Made by a program: the position numbers and the translations under genes | Shown: one piece after another, positions 15,667 through 36,519 of the stretch | Layout of the letters: every line of letters starts with the position of its first letter | Numbering within the stretch: position 1 is the first letter of the stretch | The notes under the pieces: generated by a model | What the model was told of the DNA's origin: nothing | Databases searched by the model: none | Seen by the model: the letters and a program-made list of their open reading frames with translations, nothing else | From: the human T2T-CHM13v2.0 reference genome, Homo sapiens | DNA: 64,000 bases | Assembly (NCBI RefSeq): GCF_009914755.1 | Contig: NC_060947.1 | Strand: one strand, 5' to 3'

Positions 15667-16532
15667 GTGATATATGTAGAAAAGAGATTCAATAGTACGT
15701 GTCCAAGGGTGTCAAAGGTAAGCGCTCATCCATTCATTCATTCATTGAAGATTAACTGATTTTGAAGCATTCATTTTGAAGCATCTCCTAATTATAAAGC
15801 AACATGAAGGGAAGCTTATTGAAGATTTGATTTGTGATGACAACACATAAGAGCTAGGTAAATGCATCATATAGTCAGTGCACTGAAGATCAATTACGGA
15901 ATGTTCAGGACCACAGCACTGCACTCACTTTTCCCTTCAAATATATCTTCTACACTGTAGAAGAATGTCACTGCTTCTCTCTAGAAACTTCTATTACTGT
16001 TCTATTTTCTTTGAACTGCTTTACAAGGACAAGGCTATAACTTAAGGAAAGGAGGGTGGCCCAAAGGTAAGAAATACCTTAATGTGGCCCCACCAAATTT
16101 CACAATGCTCAGTCCACAGCACCTTTAACTACTTCCCATGAAGAGATCAGTTGTGAAATTTATCATGCTCCTTAAAATAATAAAAGGTACCCTTTCCTTC
16201 AACTTTTCCACTAAGTTTTCTTTCAGAAAGATTTCTTGTTTTACATAGAGGACCACTTGGCCTTTCCTCTAAGGGAAAAAATCCCTGTAGTTGAAAGAGC
16301 AGTGGGATTCTGGATGGGGGATCTGAATGCCAGTCCTAGCACTTTGATGAAACATTCACATGATCTTGGGAAAATTCGTTTTCTTCTCTAGTTTTCAGGT
16401 TCCAGATCTTTAAAATGAGGACATTGAACTAAACAGCCTCTTTTGTCACTGAAGGCACACATCCTGAATGCTCACATTTAAAAAAAAAAAATCTGTACTT
16501 TAATCGTCCCCACTTAAAATCAATCCATCATC

Positions 16533-16947
<415 letters not shown>

Positions 16948-18745
16948 TTATAGTTTATTTGCTATTCAAAGAGATAAACATGTAGGAAATGAGAAAGAGG
17001 GAGGAAGATAGCTGAATTACCCAATTTCCTAAGAGCTACTGTACTAGACATATGCATACTCCCTTAACTTCAATGTCTCATATGGACCTACCCTCTTTCT
17101 CTAAAAATTGCAATTTTTCTATCTTGGATTCCTTTTATTTTTCTGTTTCCCACAACAGTCTGTGAATACTGGAACTGTGAAAGTAGCCAGATAAAGGTCT
17201 AAAGGCAAAACTTCTTATAATTCAAGAACATTAATTATTTCATGAGATTTTATTGAGGAAGCATCAGAAATAAACCATCAGAAGCCTATTCTTAACCAGG
17301 TAACCAGGATGCCCATGCGCTTGTGTCCCAACATCCAACTCTGCTTTTTTTTTTTTTAAGTTAGGAATTCAGTCAACCACTTTGGTAGCTCCAGCCTGCT
17401 AATCTGTCACATCAAAATTACAAGGTGGTAATTACTATAAGACATATATCCTAGTTATGATGAGGGTACAAAGAAGGGATGGCTTTGTATTCAACTGACT
17501 TTTTCAACCATTCTTATCAACTTCTATTGCTTTTTGCAATCCTTTTGCATAGCATCCAGCTTCAGCGGGTCAGTTACAGAACAAAACAGTTTAAATTTTT
17601 AAGAGAACACAAAGGAACTTCATATCCACAGGAGAAGGCAATGAATAATAAAGTGAGTTTCAAATGTCAGGCTTACCATCTATTGGCATTGCATGTTGTT
17701 TTCTAAATGTACTTTGTATTCAATCTTAAACTGTCTAAATAGGTTAAGAAATGTGCTTTTCATTACATCTTAAAGTACCCTGCTTCTCAGGCAATCTAAT
17801 TTCTACTTATAATAGAATATCAATTTTCATCTTGAAATTGGAATCTGAAGATTGGTCAACAAATTAAAATGGTTTGTCTTAATTGGCAGTGATTTTTTAA
17901 AGCATTTTTTAATTCCATATTTTTATGAAAGACCCATGGGTAAAAATTTTCTGGCAATAGTAGATAAAGAGTCATCTTTTTGCTTTAACATAGGTTTTTC
18001 TATTAATTTTATTTAATTCATCAAATATTTTTGAGAATGTACTATTGGAAAAATTCTGTGCTAAACATGCTATTTCACAGAAGGCTTGTTCTTAAGGAGC
18101 TTATACACAATCAAAGAAATAGAATTGTAGAACTGCATGACTCTAAAAATCTTATCCGGTCAAATAGCCTAATTTTCCAGATGAGCACATCTAATATTTG
18201 GTGAGTACTTTGCCTGTGCCAAGTCATGTTTCAATTTGCCTTAATAAACTCACTTAATCCTCCCAACAACCCTATAAGGTAGGATTATTATCACCATTGT
18301 GGCACATGTAAGTAACTTACCTAAGGCCGCTTATGTGGTAAGAGGCAAAGCCAGGATTTCTATCCAGGGAGGATGGACTCATATCCCATACTTCTTAATA
18401 AATTGCACTAAAAACTGAATTGAGGAAAACAAAGCCTAAAGAATAGAAAAGACTTACCCAAGATCATGAGCTCTTTAGGGTCAGAGGTAAGATTGAAATT
18501 CAAATTTCAAATCTTTCAGTAATCTACCAAGTGTGGTCCATTATTCCATGCTAAATTAATAATTCATGTTCATGCAAAATGGAAAAAGAGCAAACTTAAT
18601 TTACATGATTGTATTTATTCACTGGAGAAACCAAACATACATAAAAACAGAACTAATGGACAGCATAGGAAATATACTGAGCTGTGTAGTTAGTAGTAGA
18701 CTTCTTCTTTTTTACTTTTTCTATCAGTATAACTCATTGGTATCT

Positions 18746-19296
18746 TTTTTTTATATACTTTAAGTTTTAGGGTACATGTGCACAACGTGCAGGTTAGTTA
18801 CATATGTATACATGTGCCATGTTGCTGTGCTGCACCCATTAACCCATCATTTAGCATTGGGTATATCTCCTAATGCTATCCCTCCCCCTTCCCCCCACCC
18901 CACAACAGTCCGCGGTGTGTGATATTCCCCTTCCTGTGTCCATGTGTTCTCATTGTTCAATTCCCACCTATGAGTGAGAACATGCGGTGTTTGGTTTTTG
19001 TCCTTGCGTTTGCTGAGAATGACGGTTTCCAGTTTCATCCATGTCTCTACAAAGGACATGAACTCATCATTTTTTATGGCTGCATAGTATTCCATGGTGT
19101 ATATGTGCCACATTTTCTTAATCCAGTCTATCATTGTTGGACATTTGGGTTGGTTCCAAGTCTTTGCTATTGTGAATAGTGCTGCAATAAACATACGTGT
19201 GCATGTGTCTTTATAGCAGCATGATTTATAATCCTTTGGGTATATACCCAGTAATGGGATGGCTGGGTCAAATGGTATTTCTAGTTCTAGATCCCT
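18746..19296 (-). mobile_element. 5'-truncated young L1PA (L1PA3-like) 3' end
   Basis: ttaagttttagggtacatgtgcacaacgtgcaggttagttac; ORF2 C-terminus MFIAALFTIAKTWNQPKCP; TSD actcattggtatcttttt at 18732 and 19308. Confidence 0.95.
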
Positions 19297-21256
19297 AATA
19301 GTTTGTTACTCATTGGTATCTTTTTAAAGGGGATGAGCATGGCTTCTTAAAGTAACAGCATTCCTGAGTTGGACAAATATAAATGCTGACCATAGCATGA
19401 TTTTGACAGCAAGGTCTGCAGTGCACAGAGAATGCACTTCGCAAAAGATCCACAAACCAATTCAGACATTAAAAAGCTATGATTGATATGCAAAAAGTTG
19501 CACTAATTCTGTACTTACAAATTCAAGTACATCTATAAAATGCAAAATAGAAAGCCATCTTAAGGGGAATGTTTTTAGAAATGTATGTGAATGAAATCAA
19601 GAAACTGTCAGAGCACTTCACATCACTTGGTATCTAGATAACTCTTTGGACAATGAAGTATATAAAATCTTTCCTGTTTTAAGAGTCCAAGGCAAAGTAG
19701 TTCCAGCTATTGCTCTGTTATGTAGCCAACAGCATAATATGAAGGTTTACTCATTTCAATATATCTGGGATTGACATGCATATTCCATAAATATTTTTTA
19801 ATGACCCTCATCAAAAAATGTGAAGACCATGTGTTTTTCAAGATCACAATAAATAAAAAGTTGGTGCAGCTAATGCCTTTGGTGTTAAATTACAATATGG
19901 TAATGTATGTAGCATTCACAGAGATATAGTCACTTCTTGCTGCAAAGACATGATACAAATGCATTTTGGGAGAGGAGCAATTCACACAAACCAGGAATTA
20001 GCATCTACAGCATATGTAATTTTAGGACAAGCTATTAAAAGGAAAGAGTTGTCAGCAGATTCCTCAGGGTATGTTCCAGGAAGATAAAAGCAGGTAGAGG
20101 AAAGTTGGAGTAATTTTCTCTTAAAATTTAGGAAGATATTTTTCTCATTTTGGAGGCATGGGGCAAGGGTGAGATGGAAAAGAAAATGAAGAGTTGATAA
20201 CCTAAGGTGTCCTTAGTCAACTTCCATATGTTCATTAAGCCACTCCAGTAAACTAAATCCTATCAAGTACTAAAAGATAAAAGTAAAGTGTTGGCGCTAT
20301 GGAAAACATGAGTACTTTGTAAATATTGCAATGACAAAATAGTGCTGCCAATCTGATGAACTTTTGGTGCTCTTGCTGAGGTGAAGGTTTTTGTAGAGTC
20401 ACTGCTGAAATGCGGTGGCGGATGCTCAAGTGATAATCATTACTTATTAAGGTGTATTCCAAGTAAGAGTCTTCAGTTCAGCATTTTTGTTGGCTCTAGG
20501 AGATGCTGCTTTTTTCTGTGATGGTATACTTCAATATTAGCCTGATTATGGACTTAGTAGAGAATGGATTTGCCAAAAGACTTTAAGATGTCCTTCATCA
20601 TTTCAGTGTATTAGGTAGCAGAAGGAACAAATAGAAATAAAGCAGCAGTACATATAAATATTTCCTTCTTATATAACTCTTCAATTCTTGGGGAATTCAC
20701 CCCACCTTATACAAGATGTTTGAAGCCTGACATCCTATTTTCCATCCAAAGTCAGGTCTCCCTGGGTTTGTTCACCAAGTTCCTCTTAGAATGTCAAGGA
20801 GCTGTTTACTTCCAGTTACATGCTATTTTTCTCAGAGGTGCACGTAGAGCACTGTATCTTATAATGAGCACTTCTTCATATATTGAGTCGCCAGATGTGC
20901 AGTGTTCAATTCCATTTACTCAGGCTTATGACTAGTCACTCAACAATAAATATGGAACAGCTATAGTCAATGTTGATGTCCTGCTTTGTCTGCCACTACA
21001 CATACCAGATTATGTTGTGCTACCAGCCTTGAAGAGCAGCAGATGAACAAGGATTCAAGTCTTGGGAAACACCAAATGTAAGAAGTAAATTGAGCTAGAA
21101 AGGGAATCTGAGGAGAAGCACTCAGAGATAGAAGAAGGACCAGAAGAGTAGAGTAAAAAATAGAAGTCAACAAAGACAGCATTAGTCAGAGTGATTTAGA
21201 GCAGCCATCTGTAATTATGACAGTTCTTTGAAGTCTCCTGTTGCCCTATATATTTT

Positions 21257-21673
21257 TGCAATCAGTTGATTGTTTTTTCTGTCCAAAACTCATGTGGAAT
21301 GTTAATCCCCAATGTGGCAGTATTGAGAGATTGAGCCTTTGAGAGGTGATTGTGTCATAAGGGCTATGCCCTCATGGATGGATTAATCCATTCATGGATT
21401 AATGAATTAATAGTCTATCATGAGAGTGGAACTGGTAGCTTTATAAGAAGAGGAAGACAGGCCTGAACTAGCATGCTCAGCCTCCTCACCATTTGATGCC
21501 TTGCACCGCCTTGGAGCTCTGCAGAGTCCCCACCAGAAAAAGGCCCTCACCAGATCTGGCTTCTTGACCTTGGACATACCAGTTTTCAGAACTGTAAGAA
21601 ATATGTTTATATTCTTTAAAAATTGCCCAGTTTCTGGTATTCTGTTATAAGCAAACTAAAATGGACTAAGACA
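21257..21673 (+). mobile_element. MaLR solo LTR (MSTD-like)
   Basis: aaaactcatgtggaatgttaatccccaatgtggcagtattgag...ggattaatccattcatggattaat...atggactaagaca. Confidence 0.85.
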
Positions 21674-22429
21674 AATTTCATACAAATTTTGTGTCTGACT
21701 GCATAACTATTTGTTTTGATAGAAAATAAGTTTCTTGAGTCTGTGCAAAATTGATGAATCTGGAAGATGCATCATGCTTATCCAAGTTTTTACACATCCT
21801 CTGGCACACTGACAGGATGAGAACATGAAAGCCACCATTAAACTTGACAATTGAGATGATTTTTAAGAGAATGATGTCAGTAACATGGAGGGACAGACCT
21901 AGAATCTAGGGACATTGGCAAAAAAAAATTGTAAAAATCCAGGACATACTGGTTGTTTAAAGAAACTTGTTAGTAAAGTGAAGAAGGAAGTGAGGATGGT
22001 GTTTTGAATACGGATCAAAAAAAGATATTCCTAAGAAAGGGAAGGCTTAATCAGGGAGCCTTAACTAAGAATTCATAGTCATTTCACAATTTCTTATTTA
22101 TAAAACACTTCTCAGTATGGTTTAAAGTATTTCTTAGCTCTATCTCAAAATCCTAAGACAATAATCACAACTCTTGATTAGTTATTTCTAATATAAAGAA
22201 TGCCAAACACAATCATTTTTAACAATGTGCATATGCTTATCTTCAATGAGTTTAAACATTTTGAAAACAAGAACCTTATCTGAGTTCATGGACCTTGAGA
22301 TGGAATGAGTTAGGTTAGTATTTTTGGGTGTCTACTATGTTACAAAACCTCTGCTGTGTATTTTACACATATTGTTGGATTGAGTATTCAAAATTAACCT
22401 ATAATATAGACATTCCTGTACCCATTTTA

Positions 22430-22892
22430 TTTATTTTTAATTTTTACAAATACATTATATGTATATATATTTATGGAGTATATGTTATGTTTTGACACAG
22501 GCATACAATATGTAATAATCAGGGTAACTGGCGTATCCATCACTTCAAGAATTTATCATTTATTTGCGTTAGGCATATTCCAATTCCACTCATTTAGTTA
22601 TTTCAAAATATAAAATAAATATTGTTCACTATAGTCACCATGTTGTGCTATCAAATACTACATCTTATTCATTCTATCTAAATATATTTCTGCACACATT
22701 AACCATCCCCACTTCCCCTGGCCCTCCCCACTACCCTTCCTAGTCTCTGGTAACTGTCATTCTACTGTCCTTTTCCATGAGTTTAATTGTTTTAATTTTT
22801 GCCTCTTACATATGAATGAGAACAGGTGAAATTTATCTTTCTGTGCCTGGCTTATTTCATTTAACATAATGACCTCCAGTTTCATCCATGCT
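22430..22892 (-). mobile_element. L1MA 3' end inserted in a MIR
   Basis: gtatccatcacttcaagaatttatcatt...tctttctgtgcctggcttatttcatttaacataatgacctccag; MIR text on both sides. Confidence 0.85.
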
Positions 22893-23267
22893 AAGAAAAT
22901 GGATGCTTAGAGAGATGAGGCAACAGCATCTGCAAATCCTGACAATGGCTAAGTAAAAAATGTGGCAAAATGTGACACTTCATGCCAGTACCATCTGTCT
23001 CCAAAACTTACGTTTTTCCCATGACACCGAGAAAAGATGGTGAAAATCACTCAAGATTCTCTGGAGCCTAATGTGGGAAATGGTTGGATATTTCTTAGCA
23101 TGTCACTCTATTTAGCAGTAGGAATCTTCTAAGCTATCTTCATACTCTTTTGAAATTTAATTTTAGTATGATATTTGTTGAAATGATTGATTCTCAACTT
23201 CTATTTGATCATCAGTTGATATGAGGAAATAGTGTAAAAAAAAAGAGCTACAGTTGATATTAATAGA

Positions 23268-23624
23268 CAATATGGTTTTGCTCTGTGTCCCCACCCAAAT
23301 TTCACCTTGAATCGTAATAGTCCCCATGTGTCAAGGGCGTGACCAGGTGGAGGTAATAGAAATATGGGGATGGCTTCCCCCGTACTGTTCTCGTAATAGT
23401 GAGTGAGTTCTCACGAGATCTGATGGTTTTATAAGGGGCTTCCCCCTTCTCTTGGCTCTCATTCTCTCTCCTGCTGCCTTGTGAAGAGGTGCCTTCTGCC
23501 ATGACTGTAAGTTTCCTGAGGCCTCCCCAGCCATGTGGAACTGTGAGTCAATTAAACCTCTTTTCTTTATAAATTACCCAGTCTTGGGTATTTCTTCATA
23601 GCAGTGTGAGAACAGACTAATACA
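23268..23624 (+). mobile_element. THE1 (B/C-type) solo LTR
   Basis: atatggttttgctctgtgtccccacccaaat...gaggcctccccagccatgtggaactgtgagtcaattaaac...gactaataca; 5-bp TSD ataga/atgga. Confidence 0.93.
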
Positions 23625-26009
23625 ATGGAGTATAAACTGCATTAGCATCCCTTTCCCATCTCCAGTGAGCACTCTTTTTATATCTGTGAGTCCTATATGT
23701 AATTTTCCACTCCCGGTTTAGTCTTTGCCAGACCCTAAGACTGTGAAATACCTCTAAGGTGTCAGATATAGGGAAAATATATAAAACCATGCAGTTTATA
23801 TTGGTGGTATGAAAATTATGATAACAATGTTAATATCAGTAAAATTGTTATTAAGTACCGTGAAGGAAAATAGTTTGTTATAAAACTGTGTAACATGGGA
23901 CTCTGCCATAGTTTAGGGGTAGGAGATTCTGAAAAGACTTCCTAGAGGAAGTAATATTTAAGCTATATCTAAAAAATGGAAACTGAGAAGTGAAGTAGGC
24001 AGAAAAGTGTGGGTCCATGTTCTGAACAAATGAAATAGTTTAATTTACGGTTCCAAGAGAGCGAAAATTATCACATCAATATATTCTCAACTTACTATAG
24101 CACATTGTTACTAAGTATGTTGCATAGGACAGAAGCAACATAAGACCACTTCAGTATCATCTACAGAAATCTTTCTCAGGCTGGCACCTGTACATGAATC
24201 CCTACCCATCTTTGTACATCCTAGTTACATCCCACATTATACTCTCATATTTATTTTTATCTTTACAGATAGTCCATCCCCAGTTAGAAACAGTGTCATG
24301 AGAAAAATGATCTATGTGCATTCTGAAAATCCAGATAGTCTAGAATATGACATCTCTCCAACTGCCTAGTTAGCAATAGACTAAAAGAAGGTTAGTGGAT
24401 TTGGCATTGCACAGGCCCAAGCTAGAGCCTTAGTGGACTATTAAGAGCATTACCACCCGGACAGATCATATGACATTAATTTCTCTTTCCTCATGTTTAA
24501 AGATCAAAACAATAATACTTGCCTAATGGGGTGTGTGATGAGATTAAATGAGATAAATTATTTAGGGAAATAAATGATATTAATATTAGAACAAACCCTA
24601 AAGCCTGTCACGGGGTTTTGTGAGCAAACCAGCCTGACTACTAGTATCCTGTATGTTATTCAGTAAATCACTAAACTTTCCTAATGATCCCAGATATGTC
24701 AGCTATTTCTTTTATTAATATGAGTTACAAACTTTTTTTTTTTTGAAATCCTGGGATAATTTATCATAAGAAATAGAAAACAGGAGGCCACTGTGCTCAG
24801 GAACTGAAAGTTCTGCCTGAATTATCTTAAGTAATGTATCATTGAAAAGTAGAATATTCTATCAGTAGATATAAGTTGGAAACTATTTCCAAATTCTTGA
24901 TATAGAGATTTTTTCTTATTTTCTTTTGTCTTTAGTCATATTCCTTATTCAGATTTTCCAGCTTATAGAAGCCAAAGCCAACTTTTCTAATCTCATTAAA
25001 GAAGAATAATGAATAAAAATTGAACTGTAAGCTAATGCATGTAGAAGAGATGTGGCCAGGTCATTTGCAAATGGGTAAAGGCTAAGTATGTTCAGGGTCA
25101 TTGAGACTTTTAAAAATCCATTAAGAAATATTGAAAATGTTCTTTTCAGAGTCAGTTTCATGGGATTTTTTAAATTACCATATTTATCATATATATCATG
25201 GTTAATCTTTTATTTAAACTGGAAACAAAAAGAATTTTAGGGTATTAATAATCACCAGAAGCAAATCTTATAGTGAAAGCATCTCTTTGGCTCCACAAAC
25301 TATTCTAGGTGACTGATTTCAGGGGTTTAGACAGCTAATGAGTTAACTTTGTGAATCCTAAGAAATAAAGTGGTGTTAAGTTTCTGTTACTCAGGCAGAA
25401 ATTGTTTCCTTTCTAGCCTCCTGAATTAAAGTCAGAGGAAAAGTGGTATGTTCTAGGTGACTATGTAGTTTAAAGGGTTTTTTTTTTTCAAATCTAAAAA
25501 GTGTTTACTGAAATGACAAAGAAATAGACTAAGAGCAAGAAGCCTGGTGGCTACTCATAGAATCATTATTTTCTTACACTTCATGTATCCATTTTAAATT
25601 CATTAATTAATATTAACAATTAATAACTCTCCCTACAAAACAATGAAATTTTTTCTAGATTTCTCAATGCTAGAAAGAAAAACAAGAATGTCAAAATAGC
25701 ATAGCAACAAATCATTGAAATACACGTGCCCACTAGCACTAAATATTACTGGACATCAGCTAGATAATAGCTCTTATCCTGTAAAGCTTGTGAATACAAG
25801 CGTGATTCAAAAAATCCTGCATCCTTAAATTTAGATCATGAACATATTGGATAAAGACTTTCTATAGACTATTTGGCATTATGCTAATGGCCTTAGCAAT
25901 ATTTACTAACTAAAAAGTAATTTACAGCAAAGCTTTTAGAACAAAGTTCCCTTCTACTCATATCCCTTTTAAATTATTTTTCCAAAATTCATGTTAAAAT
26001 ACAGAACCA

Positions 26010-26354
26010 GGCTGGGCATGGTGGCCCATACCTGTGGTCCCAGCACCTTGGGAGGCCAAGATTAGGGGAATGGCTTGAGCCCAGGATTTCAAGACCAGCC
26101 TGGGCAACAGAGACCTTGGTCCCTACAAAAAATTAAAAAATTAGCTGGGCATGGAGGCTGAGGCAGGAGGATCACTTGAGCCCAGGAGTTTGATTCTGCA
26201 GTGAGCTGTGATTGCACCACTGCATTCCAGCCTGGGTGACAAGGTAAAACCCTGTCTTGAAAAGAAAGAAGAAAAAAAGAAAAAAGAAAAGAAAAGAAAG
26301 AAAGAAAGGAAAGGAAGAGAGAGAGAAAGCAAGAAAAGAGAGAAAGAAAGAAAA
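26010..26354 (+). mobile_element. AluJ with internal deletion and (GAAA)n-expanded tail
   Basis: ttgagcccagga diagnostic in both arms; purine-rich tail ~26260-26354. Confidence 0.9.
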
Positions 26355-26980
26355 GAACCGTAATAAGTAGTCTAAATAAAGGCTTACCAGGGTCTGAATT
26401 TGTCATTGATAGAGATTTCTGAGATAGAGAAACAAAGATCTAGGAGCTTTTTAAAAAGATATCGAAGGCACGTGTAGAACAATACAGTTGGTGACCAAGA
26501 ATCTTATACTCAACTGTTGTTCTGTGCTAACATATATTCAGGACGGATTCACTTGTTTTTTATTGCGTTTTATTTATCAGGCTTTCCACATGGTTATAAT
26601 TAGATTTTTAGATTTCTATCTTTTTAAATTAAAAAAATTTAATTATCATAGAAAAACACCACAAATTGTGTGTAATTGGCTAGAGGATTTTGGTATAGTG
26701 TTTTATGAAGGTAGCAGAATAATCATGTGTTATGAATGATGTCATTGTTCATTAATCAGTGAAAATTTTGCCCATTAGAGGCATAGTTCCATCCCAGCCT
26801 CAGAATAGAGTTCTTAAATGGAGGTAAAACATTATAAACCAAAGAAAAAAAGAGTTGAAAATAATTTTTGCTGACACCTCTGTCAACTAAAACTTGATTC
26901 TTCCATATGTGATTTTTGTTCCTCTTAGCATTTTCTCTCAATGCAAACTTAAACGCTGAGTCTCCAAAGACAAAAATGAA

Positions 26981-27089
26981 TGGAATAACTTACTTTAGGA
27001 ATATTGATTAATTTTAATTCTTTAATCCAGCCAACTTGACTGGATTAAGGAATTAAAATTAATCAATATTCCTAAAGTAAATTCTTCCA
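26981..27089. repeat. Near-perfect inverted repeat (50-bp arms, 9-nt spacer)
   Basis: 26981-27030 is the reverse complement of 27040-27089 with 3 mismatches; the inner 41 bp have 1 mismatch. Confidence 0.95.
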
Positions 27090-27104
27090 CATGCTAAGTT
27101 CTTA

Positions 27105-27560
27105 TTAGCATGTGACTCTGAGTGGACTAGGTGGGAAAGATCTACCCTTTTCAATCCAGTGGGGACCAGGAGAGAAAAAAAACAGAAGAAACATGGAGTG
27201 TAATCTATCTGCTAGAGCTGGAATACACTCTTCCTTTCCTGTCCTTGGACAACACAACTCCAGGCTTTCTGGTCTGTGGACTCCAGGACTTCCACTTGTG
27301 CCCCCCGCCCCCCGCCCCAGGTTCTCAGGCCTTCAGCCTCACACTGAGTGTTACACCATCTGCTTCCTTGGTTCTGAGGTTTTTGGGCTTGTACTGGGCC
27401 ATGCTACCGGCATCCCAGGGTCTCCATTTTGCAGATGACCTGACATGGTACTTTTCAACCTCCATAATTGCATGAGTCAATTTCCCTAATAAATCCCCTG
27501 TCATATATCTACATATATATTCTATTAGTTCTGTCTCTCTGGAGAACCTTGACTAATACA
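27105..27560 (+). mobile_element. MLT2B-type LTR with rearranged 5' end
   Basis: ctgagtggactaggtgggaaagatct...ctccaggactt...ttagttctgtctctctggagaaccttgactaataca. Confidence 0.85.
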
Positions 27561-28074
27561 AATATGGTCAACATAAGTGATAATGGTGGCAAATGAAAAA
27601 CACATATAATCCTTTGATTTTAAACTTTATGTAGAGTTGCCTTAAATAGCCATTACTTTTGCTTCTGTAGATATTTCTTCATATGATTATAAGGTATAAG
27701 TGGAATCATCTAGTACAAGACGATTTAAAGTGCTTCATCGTATGTAAATCACTTTAAAGGCATTAGTGAGCATGGCTAAATGCTCACTAATTATCTCCAA
27801 GTTTATGTGATACTTGTTCTACATAAATCATTTTATTAATACAATATTTGGGTGCTTTCAAATAATCATCCCTTTGGTTGTATTGACTCTATCAAGATTT
27901 TTACCTTCTTCTTACAGCAGAAGTCAAATTATTCAGTTGGTTGAAGAGCATAGGTGCAGGGGATGTAGCATATTTTAGGTTCCACTCCTTCCTGATGTAT
28001 GTTTTGGCTGTCTTTTAGTCTAGCACTCTCAGCTTAACCACTTTGACATTTCTGTGATGCACTATCCATGAATT

Positions 28075-34799
<6,725 letters not shown>

Positions 34800-35023
34800 T
34801 AAAATTTGACCACGATTTATTAATATGGTCTTACATCAATAGCCTTGAAAATAATAATTATTGGGAACCAATTAACGTTTCTTTTTTGAAAACTTGTCCC
34901 TGTAGAAAAAAAATGTCCTTTATTGTTTTTTACAGCCAAACTAGGTATTGTCTTTGAAAGATTTACTTTAGCTATTAGGAAATGAATAATCTTTTGCACT
35001 TCAATTTTTCCTTCAATAGATAC

Positions 35024-35449
35024 TGTGATGGTTTGTTTTATGTGTCAACTTGGCGAGACTACAATACCCAATTATTCAAACACTAGGTGTTGTTGTGAAG
35101 GTATTTTAACGATGTGGTTAACCTTCGTAATTGGTTGACCTTAAGAAATATTATCCTCAATAATGTGGGTGGGCCTCACCCAGTCACTTGAAAAGCCTTA
35201 AGAGAACAACTGAGGTTCCCTGAGAAAGAAGAAATTATTCTACAAGTATTCTATCAGCTTCTAACTTAAAGTTTCCAGCCTGCCAGGTTTCCAACCCACA
35301 CGACCCGTTTTTTATTTTCCAGACTCCACAATTGTGTAAACCAATTCCTTGAAATAAACTATTGAAATAAATTACACACACACACATGCGCATGCACACA
35401 CACACAAAATCCACTGGTTTTGATTCTCTGGAGAACACTGACTGATACA
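35024..35449 (+). mobile_element. MLT2 solo LTR with (CA)n
   Basis: tgtgatggtttgttttatgtgtcaacttgg start; ctctggagaacactgactgataca end. Confidence 0.85.
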
Positions 35450-35664
35450 GATTTATTGTAGCAAAACACTTTAGTACGTATAGGACTAGCCAAATTCCTG
35501 GCAATGGTGAAATAGAATATGGTTGCCTATATGTAGCTATGTTCTTTGAGTGTTGTAATGACGATGTAAATACCTATAAACCTGTTACGATTATATCCTG
35601 CATATACCACTGGGACACCAAGTTTCAAATTCCAAAAGGAAACGCATTAAAGCTACAAGACACT

Positions 35665-36360
35665 TGTAGAATTACTATAATAAAAAAGACACACAAAGCC
35701 AAGTGCTGGCGAGGATGCGAAGGAACTGGAACCCTTACGTATTGCTAGGAAGAATGTAAAATGGTGCAGCCACTTTGAAAAACAGTTTCAGTTTCTAAAA
35801 TCTTAAACATCGGGTTAGCATTTGACCCAGCAATTCTACTCCCAGGTCTCTACCTAAAATAAATGAAATCATTTATTTACACATTTACACGAGGCTTGTA
35901 TAAAAATGTTCATAACACCTTTATTTTCAACAACCCCAATCTGTAGCCAATCCAAATGTCCATCAACTGGTGAATAGGTAAACTGTGGTACATCCAAATA
36001 AGCAGTAGAAAAGAATCAACTGCTGACATCCACATGCAGGAGTGTGGGTGAACTTCCAAAACATTATTTTAAGTGAAAGAAGGCAGATGTAAGACAACAT
36101 ATTATATGATTTCATTTATAATGCAGTTTTAGAAAAGGCAAAATTACAGAGAGAGAAAGCACATCAGTGGTTGCTTGGGACTGGAGATGGGAGCAGGAAT
36201 GGACTACATATAGGTACAAGTGAACATTTTTGCATGATAGAAACATTTTAAAACTGAATTGTGGTGATGATTGCACAGCTGTAAAAGTTTACTAAAAATT
36301 ATTGAATTGTGCACTTATAATGGGTGGATTTTATGCTATGTAAGTTATACCTCAATATAA
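35665..36360 (+). mobile_element. L1MB/ME-type 3' end
   Basis: aagtgctggcgaggatgcgaaggaactggaaccct...tgacccagcaattctactcc...aaatgtccatcaactggtgaat...ttatacctcaat. Confidence 0.85.
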
Positions 36361-36519
36361 TATCAATATACATCTTAAACAATTTTGTTAGAAAATAGGA
36401 ATTAAATACTATAAAGATCCCAAACTAACTGCAAATATGAATTCTCTGAATTTCAGCATTTGCAAGCTTGTCATTTTCACTAGTTAAAATAATGTATAAA
36501 AGTGATCTCTATAGAGCTC

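Noticed and set aside
20253-20600. Unique-looking segment that might be an exon or processed pseudogene
   Set aside because: No recognisable protein in the frames read and no convincing paired splice sites.
21373-21411. Palindromic atggattaatccat repeats
   Set aside because: Normal part of the MSTD LTR as I recall the consensus.
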